The notes beneath the pieces were generated by a model. It was not told the origin of the DNA, made no database searches, and worked only from the letters and a program-made list of their open reading frames with translations. From positions 160,518,001-160,582,000 of the forward strand of contig CM097882.1 in the NCBI GenBank assembly GCA_044892505.1: a DNA stretch of 64,000 nt, in the 5' to 3' direction. Of this stretch, positions 11,588-20,704 are shown piece by piece; positions within the stretch are counted from its first letter, which is position 1, and each line of letters begins with the position of its first letter. This DNA is from Schmidtea nova. Its lineage: Eukaryota. A program made the translations under genes and the position numbers.

Positions 11588-12375
11588 TTATACCAATGTG
11601 GATTTTGTATATTCACCTGGTATATATTTGCCCAAATGGAAATGTCCTGGTACATTTCTGACCAGTCGGCTCCGATACCGCTGCCTTTTCCACTTGTACT
11701 TTTTATAAATTTGTACGCTAGTTATTAAAGCTAAAACTGCTAATGCTATTATTGATGTTGTGATGACATAATAAGGCCAATGTGGCTTTTTATCCTCTTT
11801 ACGAAATGCTTGTAGTTCCTCTAAGTTATGTATCACTATTGGTCTTTCTTGCCTTATTTTGATAGGTTCTTGTTTTTGTTTTTTGGCATTGTATTGTTTT
11901 TGGAATTTGGCTATTCCAGTGCTTGTTGGTATTTCGTTTGTATGTGGTGTGGTATTTAGTATATTATCTGATGTCGTTGTTGTGCTTTTTATTCTATCGA
12001 GTGTTTTTGTTATGTTATGGTTTTTTGTTATATTCTTGGGTAATTGTTCTGTTTTTATTTTTTTGCATCTCCATGTTGTTGTATCTGTGTTTCTCTGTAT
12101 GCAGATTCTGTATATTGTATTAGGTGCTAGTTTTGTGAAATTAATATAGTTTCCTCTTTCGATTTCGTTGGTTGTTCTGTCGTCTTTTCCTTTTATCATC
12201 TTTGGGTTTTTCCCGTTCGTTGTTTGCATGTATAAATCAATTACTCCTCTATTTATGATAAATGCTCTAACTTCGTTTGTTGATATTTTTATTAATACTT
12301 TGTCAAATTCTATTGTTTCGGTTGAGCCAACAAATGTTATGATTGTTAAGAAGATAGCCGATATTATTAGTTTGT
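11588..12375 (-). other. Type-I membrane protein module fused after integrase (signal peptide, FN3-like domain, Thr-rich stalk, TM, basic tail)
   Basis: KLIISAIFLTIITFVGS (12325-12375); NFTKLAPNTIYRICIQ resembles the FN3 L.P.T.Y.ICV motif; STTTTS stalk; YYVITTSIIALAVLALITSVQIY (about 11704-11773) followed by KKYKWKRQRYR. Confidence 0.75.
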
Positions 12376-15300
12376 TATGAGATCTTAGATTATACTTGTG
12401 AGGTTTATCTATCGTGACCTCGGCTTCCGCCAACTTGCATCTGTTGACATGTACTACTATTGGATCCTCGTTTTTATGTTTTTGTAAGTGTAAATTCTCA
12501 TTTATTACTTTTACTACTTCATATGGGCCTTTATATGGTCTTGCTAATTTTGTTGTTTTTCCCTTTCCTACTTGTGGTGACATAAGTCTAACCTTATCAC
12601 CTACTTTAAAGTTGTGTGGTTTACTATTTTTGTCGTAGTCGGCTTTGTACTGTTCTTGTCTATATTTGACTTTTAGATTGGCTACTTTATACACTTCTTG
12701 CAGTTTTTCCTGCATTAGTGTGACATAATCTGGTGCATCTAAATATTGTGATACTCGAGGTTCAAATATTGTATCTATTGGTGTTGCTGGTTCTCTTAAA
12801 AACATTAAATAATACGGTGAATACCCTGTTGTTTCGTTTGGAGTGATATTATGAATGTATGTGCATTGACTTATGTATTCGTCCCAATCATTTTGATTTT
12901 TTCCTACAGAAACAGCTAGTCTGCTTAGTAATGTCCCATTAAATCTTTCTACTAGTCCATCAGTTTGAGGGTGATACGCTGTTGTGTTGATCTTTTGCAT
13001 GTTAAAAATATTAGCTACTCGTTTTATTAATTCACTAGTAAAATTTGTTCCTTTATCTGTTAATAATCTTTTGGGTGTGCCTATCTTGAAAATAATTTTT
13101 TCTATAAGCAATTTAGCAACTGTTTCTGCTGTTTCGTCTTTTGTTGGAAATGCTTCTGCCCATCTAGTAAAATAATCACTAAATACTAGTATATGTTTAT
13201 TCCCATTAATTGTAGTAGGTAATTTACATAGAAAATCCATTGCACATAGTTCCATTGGTGATGTCGTTGCTGGAATGGGATGTAACGGCGCTTTTGTTTT
13301 TGTACCTGTATTTTTTCTTGTTGCACATATTGTACACGCGTTACACCATCTCTTAACATCTTTCTTTAATTCTTCCCAGTAATATTTTTGTAATAATCTA
13401 CTTGCTGTCTTTCTAGATGATAAGTGACCTCCTAATGCTCCATCGTGATATTGTAGTAGGAGTATTTGTCTTAATTTCTGAGGTACTACTATTAGTTGCT
13501 TACCATTGAAATCTTCTATTACTACTAATTTCTTTGATATTTTATACTTTGAATTGTTTTCTTTTCTGATTTCATTTTTTATTTTACTGATCTCTGGGTC
13601 TTTCATCTGTTCCTCATATATATCGATTGGTTTTTCTGCTACTAGTGCAAATATTTCAAGTGCTCCTAATTCTGGTATTCTTGATAGTGTATCTGCGTTT
13701 TTATTTATTCTACCTGGTTTATATATAATTTTTAGGTGCATGTCTTGTATTTTCATTGCCCATTTAAATAATCTACTTGATGTATCTTTATGTTTCCATA
13801 AGCCTTCTAATGGTTTATGGTCAGTTCTTATTATCACTTCAGTCCCATATATGTATGGTTTGAATTGTTTTAGGGCGAATACTATTGCGTAACATTCTTT
13901 TTCTATTGTTGAATACCTCAGCTGTGCTCCTTTTAATGTTTTACTGGCATATGCTATTACGTAATCTTTCCCTTTTTCTTCTTCTTGGCCTAAGACTGCT
14001 CCTACGGCTTTCCCGCTGGCATCCGTCATTACTATAAACTGTTTTTCGAAATCTGGGTATCTTAACACTGGTGCTGTTATCAATCTTTCTTTTAGTTTAT
14101 TGAATGCTTCTTGATGTTCCTTTGTCCACTTCTTTTGTATCTTGTTAACTTTGCTGTTAATTTCTTGTACTATTAACACATTTTTGCATTCTCCTTTTGT
14201 TCTAATTCCCTTTGTTAGTTCTATTATCGGTGATGCTATCTTTGCATAATCTTGTATGAATTTACGATAGTACCCTGTTAGACCTAAAAACCCTTGTACT
14301 TGTTGTACTGTTTTTGGTATTGGGAATTTCTTTACAACTTCTATTTTTTCTGGATTTGGTTTTATCCCTTCTACTGTAACTATATGCCCTAGAAATAACG
14401 CCGAAGGTTCTGCCCATTTACACTTAGTTGGTTTAATTTTAATTTTTGCTTTTCTTAGTCTCTCGAGTACATTTGTTATATCTTTTAAGTGTTCCTCAAA
14501 TGTTTTTGATGATATTAGTATATCATCCATGTAAACTGCGCAATGTTGTACATTTACTAATATTGTGTTCATTAGGCGCTGAAATGTAGCTGGTGCGTTA
14601 GTTAACCCGAAAGGTAATCGTGTGTACTCATATAAACCATCCTCGATAACAAATGCTGTTTTTTCCGCATCCCCTTCCTCCATTTGAATTTGCATATATC
14701 CCTTATTTGCGTCAATAACTGAAAAATACTTAGCATCCCTAAGTTTATCGTATTGCTCTTGTGCTTTTGGGAATGGGTATGAATCTTTTACTGTTACATC
14801 ATTTAATTTACGATAGTCAATGCACATTCTTATTTCTCCGTCTTTCTTTTTAACGGGTACAATGGGTGATGCCCACTGTGAAAAACTCTGTTTTATTACA
14901 CCTGCATCGTTTAGTTCTTTGATTTGTCGTTTTATTTCCTCTCTTAACTTGTATGGTACGCTGTATGGTCTTTGTTTTATTGGTCTCGCATTACCTGTAT
15001 CTATTACATGTTTGATTATATCGGTATCTCCTAGATCAAATTCGTGTTTTGCAAAAACATCACTATATTTATCTATCAATGTTTGTAGTTGTGCTTGTTG
15101 TGTTATTGTTAAGTATTCATTATTAATTTTTACTTTGTCATATGATTTTATATTATTTATCTTACTAGGTTCGACTACTCCCTTGCCGTTATTATTCATC
15201 ACGCTTATCTCACTGACTTCGTACGTTTTTTCTAATTCACCTTTGAATAATTTTCCCAATTTCGTACCTTTGTGTATTTTAACATTACTTTTTTCATAAT

Positions 15301-15463
15301 TTGCTATTCTCAATGGTATTATTCCCTTTCTCGGAATTACGCATTCATTGGTTAGCATTATATTCTGATTTTGTATAATTGCCGTTTCTGGCTCAAAAAT
15401 AAAAGTGTCCTCACTTTTGATGTTAACTTTTAAGGGAATTATATGATCGCATTCATATTCCAA
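11588..15463 (-). CDS. pol: Pol segment: RT, RNase H, integrase (HHCC, core, GPY/F), then a C-terminal signal/FN3-like/TM module
   Basis: WASPIVPVKKKDG, MCIDYRKLN, LPFGLTNAPATFQ, YMDDILI; TDASG, EKEC, TDHKPL; H-GGH..C..C; MDF, TDKGTNF, GLVERFN; YKGPYEV. Continues ORF2 in frame across one TGA. Confidence 0.97.
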   Translation of the reverse strand: MEYECDHIIPLKVNIKSEDTFIFEPETAIIQNQNIMLTNECVIPRKGIIPLRIANYEKSNVKIHKGTKLGKLFKGELEKTYEVSEISVMNNNGKGVVEPSKINNIKSYDKVKINNEYLTITQQAQLQTLIDKYSDVFAKHEFDLGDTDIIKHVIDTGNARPIKQRPYSVPYKLREEIKRQIKELNDAGVIKQSFSQWASPIVPVKKKDGEIRMCIDYRKLNDVTVKDSYPFPKAQEQYDKLRDAKYFSVIDANKGYMQIQMEEGDAEKTAFVIEDGLYEYTRLPFGLTNAPATFQRLMNTILVNVQHCAVYMDDILISSKTFEEHLKDITNVLERLRKAKIKIKPTKCKWAEPSALFLGHIVTVEGIKPNPEKIEVVKKFPIPKTVQQVQGFLGLTGYYRKFIQDYAKIASPIIELTKGIRTKGECKNVLIVQEINSKVNKIQKKWTKEHQEAFNKLKERLITAPVLRYPDFEKQFIVMTDASGKAVGAVLGQEEEKGKDYVIAYASKTLKGAQLRYSTIEKECYAIVFALKQFKPYIYGTEVIIRTDHKPLEGLWKHKDTSSRLFKWAMKIQDMHLKIIYKPGRINKNADTLSRIPELGALEIFALVAEKPIDIYEEQMKDPEISKIKNEIRKENNSKYKISKKLVVIEDFNGKQLIVVPQKLRQILLLQYHDGALGGHLSSRKTASRLLQKYYWEELKKDVKRWCNACTICATRKNTGTKTKAPLHPIPATTSPMELCAMDFLCKLPTTINGNKHILVFSDYFTRWAEAFPTKDETAETVAKLLIEKIIFKIGTPKRLLTDKGTNFTSELIKRVANIFNMQKINTTAYHPQTDGLVERFNGTLLSRLAVSVGKNQNDWDEYISQCTYIHNITPNETTGYSPYYLMFLREPATPIDTIFEPRVSQYLDAPDYVTLMQEKLQEVYKVANLKVKYRQEQYKADYDKNSKPHNFKVGDKVRLMSPQVGKGKTTKLARPYKGPYEVVKVINENLHLQKHKNEDPIVVHVNRCKLAEAEVTIDKPHKYNLRSHNKLIISAIFLTIITFVGSTETIEFDKVLIKISTNEVRAFIINRGVIDLYMQTTNGKNPKMIKGKDDRTTNEIERGNYINFTKLAPNTIYRICIQRNTDTTTWRCKKIKTEQLPKNITKNHNITKTLDRIKSTTTTSDNILNTTPHTNEIPTSTGIAKFQKQYNAKKQKQEPIKIRQERPIVIHNLEELQAFRKEDKKPHWPYYVITTSIIALAVLALITSVQIYKKYKWKRQRYRSRLVRNVPGHFHLGKYIPGEYTKSTLV

Positions 15464-15519
15464 TTCAAATGCTTCTAATGCAACAACTTCTGTGAACTTG
15501 GATTTATGTTTAATTGCTT

Positions 15520-15850
15520 TTCTCTTTATCGTATTATCTGTTAAATCTATAATTCAATTTTCTAACTTGTTGAGTATATCGATTCCCAATATACATATGC
15601 TATTACATTCTTGCACCACTTTAAATATGTGGTTTATTACCTGTTCTGGTGTTTCGACTATTAGTTCTATGTCTCCCTTTAGTGGAATACGATGTGCTGA
15701 TAACGATACTACTTTATCCGTTGTGCTCATAATATTTCTTTTTTGATCATCTGTCAGTTGATCTTCTCTAATTAAGGATGTTGCTGCTCCTGTATCTACT
15801 AATGCATTTATGATTATATTGTTTATAATTATTCTAAGTCTTGGTCTTGC
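15520..15850 (-). other. Retropepsin aspartic protease domain (TGA at 15554-15556 near its C-terminus)
   Basis: RPRLRIIINNIIINALVDTGAATSLI...CILGIDILNKLEN*IIDLTDNTI. Confidence 0.92.
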
Positions 15851-18800
15851 TTCGTTTGCTGCATCTAATCGTTCCATTGTTTCGACTTCTAAGCTATAAC
15901 AACCATATATCTTTTTAGGTTCACAATAACAATTCTTGTTTTCTCTAGGAATTTTGATTTCTATATTTTCTTGTAGCTCTTTTAGTTGTTCTCTTTGGTT
16001 TTCATATAGTCCTTGTTGTGGTACATTTCCTCCATGTGATATATGCGCTTTAATTATTTCCTCATCGTTTTCATCATCTACCAGTAATTGCCTTTCTTCA
16101 CTCCTTTGGACTTTTATTAAACGTATTTCCTTGTCGTGTTTCGCCGTAATAAGATATTTAGCTATAAATGGGCACAAACATGCTAATAATTTATATGAAT
16201 TTCCAAATACTTGTTTTAGCTGTCTCAGTGATACTAGAGAAGAACATATCATTTTTAGTAATGCAACCGTATAATATATACCTAAGATTGTAGAAAACAT
16301 GTTTCCAAGGACTGCAAAGTATCCCCATATGCTATATAGTACTTTATATGCTACTTTTTTGAAGTATTCTTTTGATAATAACACATCAAAGTTGTAATTT
16401 CCTCCGTAACTTCCTTCGATAACTCTGTTAACCATTATTGAAAGTACTCTTTCTTTTTCGTTTGGAAATAGCATGTGTTTTCTTGCACTTTCTATAGCTT
16501 CTCTCGTATATATACCATTACTGTCCATATCGTTGATTTCTTTAAACTCTAATCTTTTTTCTAGCTCTATGAGTTCTAATTTGAGTGGTTTCATTGTCTC
16601 TTTTCTATCTGACATAGATATCCACATTTCGTCATTTATTTTGTATAATGGGTCTAATAGGTTAGTGCATTTTTCTATTTTTCTCGGTATATATGTTTTT
16701 TCTGTTAATATTCTAGTAATTGGTTGAAGGTATACCCTTTCTCCTTTATATATTACCGGTAATTCATTAGCGCACTGATTATTTGTTGCTAACGATACAC
16801 TAACAGGTTTACATTGAAATGTCTGTATCACTTCTCCTACTATCCTTGCAAATGTTCCTTCTTCTGAGAAGATTATTGGTGCCATTAAATCTGGGTTTGT
16901 TACCGCCACTGCCATTTTTGTCCTCAATATTTCTCTGTTGAGTTTGCAATCGCTCATAATTGTTGATTGATATACTTTATCTAATTGTACTAGTTGGTTA
17001 TGATAGAAAAAATCGATTTTATTGTTGAAGTATGATGCAAGTTTGACGTCGAATTTATTTACTTTTTGTTTTGCATCTTTGACTTCCTCTTTGCTTATGT
17101 ATATCCCTTCATAATTAGTTTGTATTATTTCCTTACCACATTTTACACTTTTCCTTTTACTAACAAACCTCATTGCTTCGTTTTCAGATTCTGACATATA
17201 TATTGTTGGTGTATCTTTTTCTTGTACAATTGTTGTTTTCCTTTTTTGATCTCTCACCCTTTTTGAGTCTACTTCTGTGAACTGTTTTCCTTTGATTTCC
17301 CTAAATTTTAATGATTTTAATTTTGTTAACTGACAATCGTATTTATCTATTTTGTATATTAGCATTGATTCTCCTGTATCGCAATAAGATTCTTCTAATG
17401 TACAAAATTTGTATATCATCATTTTCTTTGAGCTGCTGTCGAATGATGCTTTGAACTTTCTCAGTTCTACCATGTAGTGTCTCCTTACTACAACATTACT
17501 CAGTTTTTCGCCCCATATTGTATATTCTCCTCCTTCACAATATCCTCCTTTTGATGTCCATCCCACGACATTTACATCTTGTCTCATTTTTGCCCCTATC
17601 CTTGCTTCTAGTTCTATTCCTTTATGACCGCTATATTTTACTTTCTTTGTTTTAAATGCATCTTCACACTCTATTGGCGACAATATTACTGCTTCGGGTG
17701 TCCACGTAGGTTTTAACACTGTTCTTGCCCCAACATGACATATATATGCTTCCTCCTGATACTTTACTATGCACTCTTTAGCCTCTGTATGAATAAAGTC
17801 TGATTCTTGATAAACATGGAATCTTTGAGGCTCTGACATGATTAATTTAGTTGGATTTGCTTCAGGGCAATTTTCAACATCCAACAGTGAGTATTTTTGT
17901 CCCCACTTTGGATTTTGACAATCGTATGCTACCATTGCATTGCCCCCCTTGATTAAATCTAATAACAAAGTGATTATGACTATTACTATGGAGGTTATCG
18001 ATTTACTCTCTGTCTTTGGTTTTACTGTTGCTTTCTTTATTAATTGTTTTATTACATCATCTGTATCACTCTCTTTATTCGTCGTATCTTTATCATATAA
18101 TACTTTCCATCCTCCTTTCTTTTTTATCCATGGTATTGCCTCTACTTTCAATCTTTTAAACATCATTGTTGCTACTTTTTCTAATTGCTCTTTTGGATTT
18201 TCCTTTAGGAGCTTTTTATATCTTGCGGCCAAGTATGCCATGGCCGTTATTATTTTATCTTTATCTATCCCTGTATTAAACAGGATTTTTAACACTGTTT
18301 TTTCATTTGCTTCCTCTGTAGCTAGTTTTTTAGTATCCTTTTTAATTAACATCATCCTTTCAGTTATATTTTCAATTAGTACTGTTGGCTTTGTTTCTGG
18401 AAATAGCTTAATATTTATTGCTTTTATTACTTCTTTTATTTTGTTTACGTCCTTATTATCGTCTTGATACTCTGATTGTTTATGTTTATGTTGATTTGCA
18501 ATCTCTCTTAATCGTTCTGCTGTCTTCCTATTCTCCGATTTTTCTATTATTTCTGATTTTCGAGGTCTTCCTCTACCTCGTTTTGATGTTTCTGCATCTT
18601 TTGTTTTTGCTTCCTCAGCTATTCTTTCTATTGTTTCTTGTAAGTTGCTATACTTTTCATCTATAGGTTTAAATATAATTTCTTCATCCATTACTGATTT
18701 CTTTGTTTCGCTAGGTGATTTATCCCATAGCCTAAATAATCTATCAAAATCGTTTTCTTCATTTATACTCAGCTCAACCGACGGTACTGGCGTCACTATT

Positions 18801-19000
18801 TCATCGATCATTTGTTTTTCTACTGTGGCTACCACAATATTATCACTTACTGGGTTTATCCCATAATCGATTAAGTACTCGTCACTTAATAATTCTATTC
18901 CGTTAAAATATAATTTTATTACATCTTTCTCTCCTATGGTTCCTGGCCATTTGGCTCTTACCATTCGTTTTAATTTGCTCACTTTAGTGCAAGGATGCAT
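15554..19000 (-). CDS. Middle polyprotein segment: ubiquitin-like, AT-hook, Bcl-2-like, signal peptide, chuvirus-G/gB-like glycoprotein, TM, aspartic protease
   Basis: See sub-features. Protease ALVDTGAATSLI ... ILGIDIL at the C-terminus. Confidence 0.92.
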   Translation of the reverse strand: MHPCTKVSKLKRMVRAKWPGTIGEKDVIKLYFNGIELLSDEYLIDYGINPVSDNIVVATVEKQMIDEIVTPVPSVELSINEENDFDRLFRLWDKSPSETKKSVMDEEIIFKPIDEKYSNLQETIERIAEEAKTKDAETSKRGRGRPRKSEIIEKSENRKTAERLREIANQHKHKQSEYQDDNKDVNKIKEVIKAINIKLFPETKPTVLIENITERMMLIKKDTKKLATEEANEKTVLKILFNTGIDKDKIITAMAYLAARYKKLLKENPKEQLEKVATMMFKRLKVEAIPWIKKKGGWKVLYDKDTTNKESDTDDVIKQLIKKATVKPKTESKSITSIVIVIITLLLDLIKGGNAMVAYDCQNPKWGQKYSLLDVENCPEANPTKLIMSEPQRFHVYQESDFIHTEAKECIVKYQEEAYICHVGARTVLKPTWTPEAVILSPIECEDAFKTKKVKYSGHKGIELEARIGAKMRQDVNVVGWTSKGGYCEGGEYTIWGEKLSNVVVRRHYMVELRKFKASFDSSSKKMMIYKFCTLEESYCDTGESMLIYKIDKYDCQLTKLKSLKFREIKGKQFTEVDSKRVRDQKRKTTIVQEKDTPTIYMSESENEAMRFVSKRKSVKCGKEIIQTNYEGIYISKEEVKDAKQKVNKFDVKLASYFNNKIDFFYHNQLVQLDKVYQSTIMSDCKLNREILRTKMAVAVTNPDLMAPIIFSEEGTFARIVGEVIQTFQCKPVSVSLATNNQCANELPVIYKGERVYLQPITRILTEKTYIPRKIEKCTNLLDPLYKINDEMWISMSDRKETMKPLKLELIELEKRLEFKEINDMDSNGIYTREAIESARKHMLFPNEKERVLSIMVNRVIEGSYGGNYNFDVLLSKEYFKKVAYKVLYSIWGYFAVLGNMFSTILGIYYTVALLKMICSSLVSLRQLKQVFGNSYKLLACLCPFIAKYLITAKHDKEIRLIKVQRSEERQLLVDDENDEEIIKAHISHGGNVPQQGLYENQREQLKELQENIEIKIPRENKNCYCEPKKIYGCYSLEVETMERLDAANEARPRLRIIINNIIINALVDTGAATSLIREDQLTDDQKRNIMSTTDKVVSLSAHRIPLKGDIELIVETPEQVINHIFKVVQECNSICILGIDILNKLEN
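16140..17935 (-). other. env: Envelope glycoprotein domain, chuvirus-G / herpes-gB-like (class III fusogen-like)
   Basis: Preceded by a hydrophobic signal (SITSIVIVIITLLLDLIKGGNA). Starts VAYDC..YSLLDVENCP. Cys-rich ectodomain with CG..I.QTNYEGIYI, FARIVGEVIQTFQCKPV, CANELPVIYKG.RVYLQPITRIL. Hydrophobic TM region VLYSIWGYFAVLG...LLKMIC. Confidence 0.8.
18092..18523 (-). other. Bcl-2-like helical domain
   Basis: BH1-like ILFNTGIDKDKIITAMAYLAA and BH2-like EAIPWIKKKGGWKVL (W at 18107-18109) with Bcl-2-like spacing, followed by a hydrophobic anchor. Confidence 0.65.
18554..18583 (-). other. AT-hook motif
   Basis: KRGRGRPRKS. Confidence 0.8.
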
Positions 19001-19054
19001 CTTTTGTTTAATACTAAAAAATTAATTATCATTTGATTCAATCGTTACATTTAG
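18824..19054 (-). other. Ubiquitin-like domain spanning the gag stop codon
   Basis: LNVTIESNDN*FFSIKQKMHPCTKVSKLKRMV...IKLYFNGIELLSDEYLIDYGI matches the Ub pattern (V.P.TKV..LK; L.F.G..L.D...L.DY.I). Confidence 0.7.
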
Positions 19055-20704
19055 TGTTTCATGCAATTTTTCATTTTTTCTTATATATTCTCCATAACAT
19101 TTCAGCATCTCTTTTATTTCTATTTCTAATTCAAATACTCTCGTTACATTTTGTCTCTTTACCATCATTGGTATTAAATTTCTAAGTCTCTCTAAATCAA
19201 TCCCATTAACCTGTATTTTATTGATTACTCTTAATGTTTCATTGTCATCAAACGGTTGCTTATGCAATACCTCTTTAAATTCCTCTATTAATTCTTTTTG
19301 TCTATTTTCTTCTGTAAGAAATATTTCATCTGCTTCTCTAATTTCCTTTAACTCATCATTATCAATATCTACCTCATTTGTAAAGGTGCTAAATTCATTT
19401 ATAGACATTTCAAGTTTTCTCTCAATAAGTCTTCCATATTGAGTTTTAAATTCTTTTAGTTCCTCTCTTAATATATTTATTTCTTTATTTGCTGATTCAA
19501 GCTCAGCACTATTTACCTGTTTTATCTCAGGCTCATTTTTAAATCTTACTCTTATTGGTGAATCTGCTCGTGGTTTATTACATACCTTTGCTAGGTGACC
19601 ATACTTTTGGCAATTATAACATTTTATTTGTCCATTAAAATTCACTTTATCTCTACCATCATTATTATAAGTATTTCGCCTCACTGGGCTATCTTGCCTA
19701 TTTCTCGAATTATCTCTATATCTATTATCTCTTCTATTATATTCGAAGCGACTATCTCTATTATTTTTATTATATCCACTGTAACTGTTTCTGTTATTAC
19801 CAGAACGACTATCTCTAAAATTATCTCTGTTGTCTCTATCATTATCTCTATCAAAACGATTGTCTCTAAAACTGTCTCTATTATTATTTCTTTGATAACT
19901 ATCTTTAAAATTATTTCTATTTCTATTATCGAAATTTTTATTTCCTGGACTATTAAACCTTCCCCTGTTTTCAGGTGATTGGCTTCTATTAGGACTAAAT
20001 TTTCTTCTATTATTAACAAATTTCAAGTATAATTGTTTCATTTCTTCCCAGGGAATACTGTCATCCTTATTTCTCAACTCAGGTTTTACCTCGGGTTGTT
20101 TTTCAACTTCTACAGCATCTACCTCTGGTTTAAATCTATCTCTTTGTATTGCTTCAATGCGTTTTGCCTTTTGAACTAACTCATTTAAGTCTTCATACTC
20201 AATTGTAATTAATGCTTTGTATAAGTATTTTTGGATGCCGTTCCAAAACTGATCCTCAATTAATTTACTAGTGTGATCTCCGGCACCAAATGCCTTTTTT
20301 GCTAATTCTGTTATCGTGTATATATATTCACCTACTGATTCTCTGGCTCCTTGGTATCTACTTCTAGATTTTTGAACATTTATTTTTTGTAAGTCTCGAT
20401 CTATTACTATTTCTTTTCTAAGGTTTGTAACTAACTCTTGATAATTAATGCCTTTACATGCTAAATTATTGTATGCCTGTAATGCGTATCCCTTTAAGTA
20501 TAATGGGATTCGTTGTTTTAATTCATTTGTTTTCCATCCGCAAGCTTCTGCATACTGTGCGATTTCGGCAAAAAAGTCGTCGAACTTTTCAGGGTCTCCT
20601 TTATATGATTCTATTGGTAATGTTTTTATAAAATTATGGCTGCTTATGTTGTCTGTATTACTGTTACTTCCACTATTGCTGCTGCCTGTACTATTATTAC
20701 TCAT
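19022..20704 (-). CDS. gag: Gag: capsid domain, R/D/N-rich region, CCHC zinc knuckle, coiled-coil extension
   Basis: YKGDPEKFDDFF..AEACGW; RYQGARESVGEY; CYNCQKYGHLAKVC. First ATG at 20704 (the track start at 20737 is TTG). Confidence 0.93.
   Translation of the reverse strand: MSNNSTGSSNSGSNSNTDNISSHNFIKTLPIESYKGDPEKFDDFFAEIAQYAEACGWKTNELKQRIPLYLKGYALQAYNNLACKGINYQELVTNLRKEIVIDRDLQKINVQKSRSRYQGARESVGEYIYTITELAKKAFGAGDHTSKLIEDQFWNGIQKYLYKALITIEYEDLNELVQKAKRIEAIQRDRFKPEVDAVEVEKQPEVKPELRNKDDSIPWEEMKQLYLKFVNNRRKFSPNRSQSPENRGRFNSPGNKNFDNRNRNNFKDSYQRNNNRDSFRDNRFDRDNDRDNRDNFRDSRSGNNRNSYSGYNKNNRDSRFEYNRRDNRYRDNSRNRQDSPVRRNTYNNDGRDKVNFNGQIKCYNCQKYGHLAKVCNKPRADSPIRVRFKNEPEIKQVNSAELESANKEINILREELKEFKTQYGRLIERKLEMSINEFSTFTNEVDIDNDELKEIREADEIFLTEENRQKELIEEFKEVLHKQPFDDNETLRVINKIQVNGIDLERLRNLIPMMVKRQNVTRVFELEIEIKEMLKCYGEYIRKNEKLHETLNVTIESNDN

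Noticed and set aside
15554-19000. Env region as a separate nested insertion between gag and PR
   Set aside because: No internal LTRs or TSDs, and the frame is continuous from the Ub-like domain through to the protease.
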